This document shows, piece after piece, positions 54,001 to 64,000 of a stretch of 64,000 bases of DNA; the stretch's first letter is position 1; the number at the start of each line of letters is the position of its first letter. The notes under the pieces were generated by a model that searched no databases, was not told the DNA's origin, and was given only the letters and a program-made list of their open reading frames with translations. Location: positions 2,108,001 to 2,172,000 of the forward strand of contig OZ316775.1 of NCBI GenBank assembly GCA_973851085.1, written 5' to 3'. A program made the position numbers and the translations under genes. This DNA is from Ptychomitrium polyphyllum (taxonomy: Eukaryota).

Positions 54001-56022
54001 TATTATACATAAATAACAAAGTCTATTGCAATGCAATAGCAATAGATGAGAATATAATAGATGTAAAATTAGGTAATGTTTTTCTATTATATAAGCCACG
54101 CTGGATATTGATCCTACATTCATCACTTGATAAGTTGATAAGAAAATCAAAGCCACCTTTAAGGACACTTGAGCCTCATACTACAACCATTACGACCACA
54201 TCAAATCAATATTGATATGAATTCCAACTTTACTTTTGATTTCCAATCCAATAGAGATATAGATTTATTCCAAATGTATAAAAAATATATAGTACAATGT
54301 TAATCTTAGCAACAATTAAAACTTGTAAGAATCAAGCCATCATCATAAGAAAATCCTTTGGCACCTTCATATTTTCCTTTGTATCCTTCTCTTTGCTTCT
54401 TACTCATTGCATACTTCAATTCAATTTTGAATGTGTATCCATAGACTTTTAATACAATACCATAATCAACAATGCACCATTATTGTAGCTCATTACTTTT
54501 ATAATCATAGTTGTATTATTTTCAAATTCCTTTGGCATTACACTCTACAAGAACTCCTTTAACTAGCTTGATGTTTCTATATTGAAACACCTTTTCCTTC
54601 CACATCCCCCTCAATTCTACTTTGATCATTTTTTTTTTTAATAATGATTATATATATATATAAGTGTATGTATACATGTATATATTCCGAAATTGACTTC
54701 AAATTTATTTTTTAAGAAATCAACAAACCAAAGCTTTTAAACTTAAATACATGTCACCAAATTCCATTAAAAACTTTGTAATGTTTTATATGGAATGCAT
54801 TTTAATATGTAAATCTTTTTTAATATAGTATATTATATAAAAAATATGGTATTACTTCAACATTTAGATGTTAATTATAAAATAAAATATATAACTAGTA
54901 AGTATTTGTAAAATTACCTTTTAATAAAAACCAGATTATACAGTGGCCTGTTGGTCATGACAAACCACTACTACATGCAAGATTCATGAATATTTACAAA
55001 AAGAATAAATTTAAATGAATCATATATTTTAGCCAATTTGGCATTGAATAGTTCTTTTTTCGGAAAAAAATATCACGTTTTACTTTATAATTTTGAAAGA
55101 GATGATGTTTTATCAAAATTATTATTGATTTGGCAAAAAGTACCAAAGATATTGTTCAGGTATTAATGTTATCAACTTAAAATTGTTTGGTCTCTTATTG
55201 TATAAAATATTAAACCTGAAATCTATGGATGCATACATAAGCTTATGTAAATGTAAATAAAGTACATTATAATATTAAAAAATCAATACAAAATATACTT
55301 GAAATAAAAGGACATGAATATAAAATTGATCAAATACTAGAAAGGTGGATAGACAATATTAAGATGACTTGAAACATTTATGTTCTAAAAAGAAAAATTA
55401 CTTAAGTTTTTTAATTCTAAAAATATAGTTAGTAGCTTTTGCATTTGACTTATTTTAATATTGGCCAGATGGAATAATCTAGATAGATAGATACCATTTT
55501 TTTACTACCAAAATAATGACAATATTGATGTCTATTTCCAAAAACTAATTTGAATAGAAATTCAACAATAGCAAAAACCTAATTAATATTATATTTTCAA
55601 AATATATAGCCTTTTCAACCATTTCACATATTGCTTAATTTATGTATTTTTTGAATTTCAACCAACTTTTTATCCATGCCACTTCAATTAATGTAGTATT
55701 TACATTGAATTCTATTCACACATTAAAAGTTCTTTTCTTCATTTTAACACTTGTATATTTATGATGTATTAAATTTGGATTTTATTTTTAAATTATACCA
55801 TAAAATATTTTATAAATTCAAAAAATATTATAAAAATAACTCTTCAATTTTTTTATATTTAGGACTTGGATGAATTAGTATTTTGCAGTATTTATAGTGA
55901 ATTTATAAATATCACCATTTGTATTTAAAATATATTTATTATATTCTAATGCCAAAATAATAATAAAAACTAACCTACTACTAGTCTTATACATCCAAAT
56001 TAATAATAAAATGAAAATCTAG

Positions 56023-56069
56023 ATCATTTTGGATTAGTTGAATCAATCATTTTGGATTAGTTAAATCAA
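56023..56069. repeat. 23-bp tandem duplication upstream of the DRC10-like gene
   Basis: ATCATTTTGGATTAGTT(G/A)AATCA occurs twice in tandem. Confidence 0.8.
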
Positions 56070-56407
56070 GGTTTCATTTCCAAAGACAAGTGAATTAAAT
56101 TAAGTGTTTTTATAAAACTAATCAAATTTCAATTTTATGTGATATTGTCAAATTTGTTTTAATTAGCTTTAGTAGTAATTAAATAGTAAGAATTCATGAT
56201 TTTGAAACTTTTTAAAATTGTCTTCATTATTTAATACCTAATAATCTTGTCCGTGAACAATTTTGTTTTTTAAATGTGCAAAATAAACTTAAAGTTGAGG
56301 GATTTAACAACGGAAGAATCATATTTTAAAAATTTATATTTAGCTTAGTGATCATAATAAAAAAACCTTTTTAAAATTGAAATTTCAATTTGCATTATTA
56401 ATTTATC

Positions 56408-59400
56408 ATGGCAAACCTTGATTTAGTTTATTATGAAGTAGATTCAAATGTTACACTTATGTGTGGATGGACAAAAGATAAAATATCACAAACCATTAAA
56501 AATAAGGAATTAAATGGATCCAAGAGCAAATTACCTTTGGAAGATACACCTCAAGTAGTGGTTCAAATAAATGAAGAAGAAGAGAAAGAGAAAGATTTTT
56601 TTCCTAAAAATATTGGCAATCCTACAATAATAAGCTGCCATTTATTGATTAATTTTCTCAATGATGCAATGATTATGCTACGGTAATTTCTTCATTTCAT
56701 TTTGAAATTTAAAATTGATTAATTATCTCTTATATACGAATATCTTTCATCCATGTTTTTTAATTGTTGTATCATAAGCCTTGTTATTAGATACCTAGGC
56801 ATGACCACACAAGAATTGTTACATTGGGAGTGGATACCAATTGAAGACGGAGAAGATGAAAATTTAAATGAAAAATACAAGGTTGTAGACACTGGAAATG
56901 AATCAGGTGAAGAGAAAAAATTGAAAGCAAAGAAGAAAACAACTTTATTACAAAGATATAGAAAGTATTTAATAAGAAAGGAAAAAGGAAAATCAGAAAA
57001 GGAAGAGAAAGAACAAAAAGAGAAGGAAAAAGAAGACAGGGAGAAGGAAGAATCTAAAGAAGAAAAATTGGAAAAACTAATGGAAGAAATGAAAGCTATT
57101 GAAGCAAAGGAACTTGTTGAAGAAAATAAGCCTATTGAAGAGAAAAAAATCATTGAAGAGAAAAAAAGGGTTGAAGAGAAAAAAATGATTGAAGAGAAAA
57201 AACAAACTAAGGAGGAAAAAACTCTAAATGAAAAACCAAGTGGAGATTTGATGATGTTTGAAGATTCATATTTCAACCTCCTTTATACTTTACAACATCA
57301 CAATGAAGAAGAAACTCAAGCTCTTTTGATGAATCATCTCGAACCAAGCTTTTTTGATGATGGCAAATTACTAATTGATGACAATGAACAAGCAGAAAAA
57401 AATAATTCTGATGACCTGGATAGAAACACTGCAAAATTAAAAAACTTGAGAAAAGGAAGCGATGAAGAAGACCCTCATGAGGGTAAAGAATTAATTCATC
57501 CTGAAATTGAAGAACTCAGCGAAATTTTTTTGCCTATGGACGAAGAAGGCAACACATTGAGTGATGATGTATACGCTCAACCTCCATTATTATAGTTAAA
57601 ATCATTATAAAAATACTAAAAATGACGTTCATGTACAAGAAGGATGCAACGGAAAGATTAAAATTGTTGATTGAATTCTGTTTAACATGATAGCCAGATG
57701 CTGAAGAGTTGGTGGCAAGCTTGATGGCCCATGCAGAAATTGCTAGATTGTGGAAGACAGAGTATGACAAAACAAGAGGCATATCAAAATATTCTCATAT
57801 TGTTTTCATCCCTCATAATGGCGTGAACGTTGAAACCGAAGGTGTAGAAATCATGCCAACTACAGAGAAGAAGCTTATGGCTTCAGCATGGCTTTTTGCA
57901 TGCTATTTACTTGTGAGGGGCCTCACTAAAATTTTCTTTTGAAGGTCCTTTGATACGAACCTCATCATTGTTTTAAAATACTTGTTAATTTTTTTTTATT
58001 GGTTTATTCAACTTATTATTTATTCCGTGGCGATCTTTGACACTTGATGGTCAAAATTTACAAATTGTCATATTTTGATGTCAATAGTAGCATTGAAACA
58101 CACTTTGCTCTGATGCTAACTAGTTCTTTTTGTTCTTTGTAATTTAATTCAAGGGTTGTTTATGATTTCATGATAACAGAATCAAGAATATGCAAGAGAT
58201 CAAATAGAACAACTTAATTATGAAGTGCAACCAGTTTTTTCCTACCTAATTGAATGTCTTGAAAAGGTGATTTTTTTAATGATTTTTTAAAAAAAAAATT
58301 TAGACATATACACAATATGAATAGAAACGGAGATATGAAATGAAAAAATTACGATGGTCAAGGCTTTTCATTTGATGTATTGATGCACTTCTTATGATGG
58401 TCTATTTAATATGTTTTAGCATTTGGTCGTAGTATAGATTAAAAAAGTGGCAACACGAAGATTTTCAACAACTCTTGTAGAAGATGAAGCCATTGAAAAC
58501 TATCGCACAGGCATCTTCAATCGTGAAGAACTGGTATTGATTTTATAATAAAAATCTATCATAAATATGGAAGCTAGCATGATAGGATGAAGAATTTATA
58601 CATTTGTTTGAATATAAATTAAAACAATTTTTCTTGAAGCTAAATTATCTCTATTATAAGTTGGCTCACCCTTTATTTGTGTAATTTTCACTTTGGAATG
58701 CACTATTGTCAATTGTTGCATGATATATTCATAGTTTTAAGCAGTGGAAGGTAAGTTATTAATTATTTAACACTCAAGAAATTCAAAGAAATCATCATAT
58801 CAAGAAAGTAAAAAAGTATAATTTTATTTATTTTTTAAATAAACAACATTAAATTTTGAAATAAAAATTATGGAGTTATCAATTATTTTGTTTTAAATTT
58901 TTAGTTCTAAAGCTTCAAAAGTTTTATGAGGAATCTCGAGACCTTCAACAAAATCAATTCAATGTATACTCTGTATTATTTTAAAATTTGAATGTTGACA
59001 TTTGTGGATTTTAGATGAAATATTTTAAGAACTTGTTCAATAAGTACAAGTTTATTCTTTGTAAAGCCATGTAACTACCATTAGCTTCTTTAAGTAATTT
59101 TTAATTTATTTTAATAGATTATTAAAAAAATCAATGAATAATCTAATTAAAAAAATTCATAGTAATTCATTTATTTAACAAAATCTAAAACAAAGTATTA
59201 CAACATATTTATAGATTTTGCAAAAATAAACAAATCTAGTGTTATTGAAAATAAAGCTCTGTTAAAAACTACAAATGAAACAAAATAATATATTAGTATT
59301 TTTATTTTGTCTAGATGACATTATATTTTTATTGTTTATATGAAAAATGTTTTGGTTAAGTTTAGGTTTTGGCTCTTATCTATTTACTAAGCTTATTTTG

Positions 59401-61773
59401 TCTTGATTTATTATGTATCTTTACTAATATTTATATTAATAAACTAAATTACACATATTAGAACAAATTCTCATTTAAAGATAGGTGCAGTATGCAAAAA
59501 TGGATTATGAAATGGCTAATGAACTTCAAGATGCAAAACAATTGCAAATAAATGATTACAATCAATATCTTATAGATGAAAAGCATATTCAACGTAAATT
59601 ATTTTCTATTTTAATAAATTATATATTAATTTTAAAAAAATGAGTTCAAAGAATTTTTAGATCTTTTTAACAATGACTGTAAAACACTATTAAAGAATTG
59701 TGGTTTGGAATGGAATGATAAAGTGGAAAAGGACAATTCTGTCATTCTTGCTAAACAAATAGAAGACACATTAAAGGTTGATTATGCAGCACTAGAAACT
59801 CGAGAACTTAAATTGTTTAATGATAAGGTGAGTATATACCATCATGAAATGATTTAATGATTTTCACTTCTTGGCTCATAGCAATTCTTGCTTCATAGCT
59901 TATTACAACATTTGTTATCTTATTCTTTTTATATATACCTTATTCATGCACTTTTTAAAAAAGATATCCAAAATAATGATTATATATAGAATTATAAAGA
60001 TTTTTTTTTAACACATTAGTTCCAATTTAATTTATAAAATTTTAATAACAAACTATTCCACAAAGCTATTTATTATTTTAGAAAATAACTTCATTAGTCC
60101 AATTAATCACATTATTAATCATTTTTTTTTAATCACAAGTATTGAATATAGCAAATTTCTAATCTATTGTTTTAAATGATAGCATGATGTTTTATTAAGC
60201 GAGAACAATAAAATATTTGAAACGTTGTTTGAGCTACAGGTTTCTTCTTGATTTTAAAAGCATTTAAAAACTACTACATATATTATGTGTGTGTTTGTAA
60301 ATTCAACATTTATTTATTTGCATTACTCAATTTATAATTTATTAAGAATTGATTATTCCAATAAAAACTCACTTCAAATCATTACCAAATGGAAATTAAT
60401 TGTAGAACAAAAATAGAGACAAAGAACTTCAACAACTAGGTAGAAAGGGACAAAGTATAGAAGAGGTTGAAGATTTGATGTGGGTGCTTGAAGATGATAT
60501 TAAACGAAAAACTAAAGAGTTGCAAGAACAGACTGTATGTTTTTTTCACATACAAAGTTGTATGGTTTAAAAATTCTTTTCAAAATTTTTAGTTGATATT
60601 TAAAATTCTCAGTTATCCAAATCCTTTGACTAAATATTATACAGTTTCTTTTACAATATATCTTTGAAAAAGTTGTATTAATCAAATTAATTTTTTTGAT
60701 TTGAGAATCATAGTAATCATTTGAATACATGAGTTGCAAATTCTAACAAAAATTGGTCATAAAAAAGTTATCTTGTAAGCTAAATATAGTTTTTTCTACT
60801 TTTTAAAATAGCAATTTATTAAGATTATAAAAAATTATTTTGAATTAAAAAAAGCTAAGAATAAAAAACACATTCAATTAAGCAGGCTAAGCTAAAAGAA
60901 CTCACAGAAAGGTTTTACATAATGGATCATTATTATTTTGAAAAGGCTCGCTTGGTATGTTGAACAATGAACTTCTGTGCACGTTATATTATTTTCAATT
61001 AAATAAAAAAATTAATTAGAAGAGTTTTAGCTAGTTCTAGTTTTAAAGTAATTTTTTAAGATTTCCAAATAAACCATGCCTGAAGTAATACATACAACCG
61101 TGTTTTTGGAAACTTTTATAAGGCTGCAATCAAAGAAGAAGAAGATCGACTAGCAAGATTAGCAAATGCTGTGAGTAAAATTTGGACCTATGTAATATTT
61201 TTCAAACTTGTTTTTTACATATATTTTTAAATATTCTAAATAATAGAGTCTAAAAATTCTAGCATCAGAATTTTTATTATGAAATCATAAATTCGTAAAA
61301 TTTAATATCAAAACTGATTGTTTTGAAAATTTGATTATAACACACCACATTTTTAATTTATTAGGAAAAAAGAAGAAAAAAATGGCTACCACATTATGCT
61401 GCTAAACGTATACAAAGGTATTGGTACAGATATAATATCCGAAAAAATCCAGTTCCTCCCAAAAAGGTAACTAATACATACTTTGAAGTTAAGAAATAAT
61501 CAAATTAAAATTTCATTGAATTACAATTATATGTTGAGACCAAAATATTTCAAATTTTTGTTTAAACAAAGTGTTGCATAAATTTTTCAAGTATTCTTTG
61601 AATTTATGTTTTATAATCACAATTTAGTGCTTTTTCAGTTTCTGCAAAAAATAAGTCAATCACAAAAATAAAGAGAAACAAATATATCATTTGAATGGTT
61701 GTAGGGTAAGGATAAAGGCAAAGGGAAGGAAGGAAAAAAGAAAAGCAAAGGCAAAAAAGGGAAAAACAAATGA
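56408..61773 (+). CDS. DRC10: Divergent DRC10/IQCD-like nexin-dynein regulatory complex subunit (coiled-coil plus C-terminal IQ motif and Lys/Gly tail), about 734 aa; 13 exons: 56408-56682, 56791-57568, 57694-57912, 58180-58266, 58438-58533, 59485-59593, 59661-59827, 60183-60239, 60406-60534, 60886-60954, 61123-61170, 61365-61466, 61705-61773
   Basis: Thirteen GT-AG-bounded exons splice in frame without a stop. Segments RRFSTTLVEDEA, NRDKELQQLGRKGQSIEEVEDLMWVLEDDIKRK, AKLKELTERFYIMD, AAKRIQRYWYRYNIRK and GKDKGKGKEGKKKSKGKKGKNK* follow the order of recalled DRC10/IQCD blocks (RL.TT.EEE; NRE.EL.LRK.K...E.EVE.WI.KYD.DM; AQL.ELEERF; AA..IQ..W; K/G tail). That a gene exists is more certain than the DRC10-versus-DRC9 assignment. 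Confidence 0.78.
57116..57223 (+). repeat. Coding 18-bp tandem repeat (VEENKP IEEKKI IEEKKR VEEKKM IEEKKQ TKEEKT)
   Basis: (A/G)TTGAAGAGAAAAAA recurs at 57134, 57152, 57170 and 57188, with degenerate flanking units. Confidence 0.85.
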
Positions 61774-64000
61774 ATAAATATAAACATATATGTTTATGTT
61801 CTTTCATGCAATGGATGTTATCTAAAGAATTTTTTCATGTAATGATTTGGCTTGTTATTGCATTAGTGAAGAAATTAAATTTTTTTGGTTTTATTCATTC
61901 AATTCTACAAAATTTTCCACTTTATATTATTTGAAGTTCAATAGTATCTTAGATAAAATTTATGTAAAATGTTATATTTTAATTTTATAACATATTCATT
62001 ATAACTATAATAATAAAAAACTACCAAGTTTTGTAAAGTAAAAAAATTTGATCAAAATTTATAAAAATAAAATTTTACAAAATCATCAAAATCAAAGTTA
62101 ATAGACATATAACACGATTTATTAATAAAATATTCCAAAAGCACAAAATCAAACCAATAATATTTTAATTTAGTTTTTAATCAACTCATTTTAATATATT
62201 TAAAGTAAAAGAAGAACAAACAATAATGAAGATTTAAGTAAATTTTATAAATTTGATTTTTTATGGTTTTATTTTTATAAGTCCAATTAATATATATCAT
62301 TCATGCTAGATTCTTACGAAACTTTGCAATTTTTAGGATTCTATATATAATACAAAAAAGAAAGTTTATTGTTGCATCTTTGTTTTATTTGCACATATCA
62401 ATTGAGATTTCATTTAAGACTTCACTTGAAACTTCACTCTTAAGATATAAAGGTGCTTTAAAAAAATACTACAATATTAAAAATATTTCATAAATTCTTA
62501 GTATTTTTGTTGATTACCTTATTATTATCATAGTATTAAAATAAAATCTTGCACTACCAAGCATAAGTTTCGTAAAACTTAATTATTATGTATTTTAAAT
62601 CTAAATGGCTCCTATTCAATTTAATTGAACTTCCTCGAGAATTAATGTTTTAAAATGGATTTTAAAGGACTGGAATAAATTCTTATGATGTCAATTTTGA
62701 ATGTATTAGTTTTATGGGATTATGGTTTCTTTTATTAAATATCGAAACATAAAAATTGTATTCTTTTGAATATATATTTTTCAATGTTGGTTACGTTAGA
62801 TGATCTTGCTACATCCTTTTACTACCTCTAAGACTTGGTGCACAAGTAATTCTCACAATCTTTTTCCAAAAGTGTTTTAAAAAACAGCTTTATTAAATGT
62901 AAAAAATTCACTTTAAGAGGAATCATGTGATAAACAATATTGGATAGGGTGCAAAAAACTAAGATAGAGATTGAAAAGGTTTAATTGTCTATTTGTTTTT
63001 GGATTGAATTGATTGGAAGATTATAGATTCGAATGTTGTAATCTTCGAATCCTTGCTGTCAACTTGACTGTAAGCAATAAACGATCTACAATTGAAGGTT
63101 GAATTGAAGGTTGGAAAGATTCCTCTCTATTTATTATTTCTTCTGAAACACAATCAACAAATTTTAGGGGTCAATGAACACTTCTCTTCCCACAGAGTTA
63201 TCTCCTTTCAAATGCCAACTAGGTCGAAAAGAAATACATCAAACATTTCTCTCCACAAGATCATACGGTCTGTACCACCGTGGATGCAAGAAATTAGGTT
63301 TCCCAACACTTTGCAGTGCACAAGAGTTCCTCAACTCGCTAACACCCCAGCCCGTTTCAAATACCGCGTTGCGTGTGCACAAACATAGTTGACGTAGGCC
63401 ACTCCATCTCCACGGGAACAGTGTGCACCAAGTTAACCACATCTTGGCAAGCATTCGACCAGGATACACAGTCCTGTACACCTAACACTCCTCAACGCAA
63501 CGTGCACCTACACTTGGAGCCTCGACAGGCTTTATTCCAACGTAGCACTCTCGTGTCCATTGTTGTCCAGATACCCGCCCCAGTGACACTCGGGAACCAC
63601 ACCAGTATCACACCCGAGTGTCACACGAGTATCAATCGAAAAGTGGACAAAGCAGACTCCGGACTCGTGCACCTGCGCGTGATGAGAAACCGTGTTTGAA
63701 ATCACGGTGTGTGGGTCGATGTTTCACACAGCTGCTGTAAGGTCCCACAAGCCGGCAGTGTAACCACACATGAGTGCTTGATCTCACCGATGACGGGATA
63801 CGTGTAGGCTCATAGCTTAACTACGTCGTAGAACGTAAGGCTGGGTAGAGTCAGGTGGAAAGGAAAAATTAATCCGAATTCGATTAGCATTAATCTTCGC
63901 AGTCTGGGAAGTCGTACCCGGCGGTGGGAAGCCACCCGGTGGAACTGGAGAGGCGGCAACAGCCGGCTCCAACGTCTCTCTGAACTGCTCAGAAGCTTCG

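Noticed and set aside
63742..63752. GTCCCACAAGC resembling the snRNA upstream sequence element (RTCCCACATCG)
   Set aside because: Imperfect match, no TATA box at the expected spacing and no recognisable snRNA downstream.
63790..64000. Possible last exon of a minus-strand gene entering from the window edge
   Set aside because: Two frames are open and neither is recognisable; the adjacent sequence is needed.

Overview
Eukaryotic plant genomic DNA with spliceosomal GT-AG genes, most likely a moss (Funariaceae/Physcomitrium-like). That assignment is inferred from the PIP2 sequence type and from a flagellar gene sitting among land-plant genes. I assembled six multi-exon genes by hand, all with consistent reading frames: PIP2 aquaporin (-), NOC1/Mak21/CEBPZ (+), a HAD-IG cN-II-type 5'-nucleotidase (+), SURF6/RRP14 (+), HDC1/RXT3-like (-), and a very AT-rich, divergent 13-exon DRC10/IQCD-like axonemal gene (+) that the ORF track mostly misses. 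Also present: a frameshifted, truncated lycopene beta-cyclase pseudogene, LTR-retroelement remnants, a 100-N gap, microsatellites, and sharp alternation of GC-moderate gene blocks with very AT-rich blocks. The best leads are the hidden DRC10-like gene with a large Glu/Lys insertion, an 8-nt micro-exon and two minimal uORFs in HDC1, the LCYB pseudogene, and an unannotated GC-rich segment at 9.4-9.9 kb that folds into nested helices and carries bulged miR166- and miR390-like matches (speculative). No database searches or folding programs were run; family calls rest on recalled motifs. I found no firmly supported novel multi-gene system.
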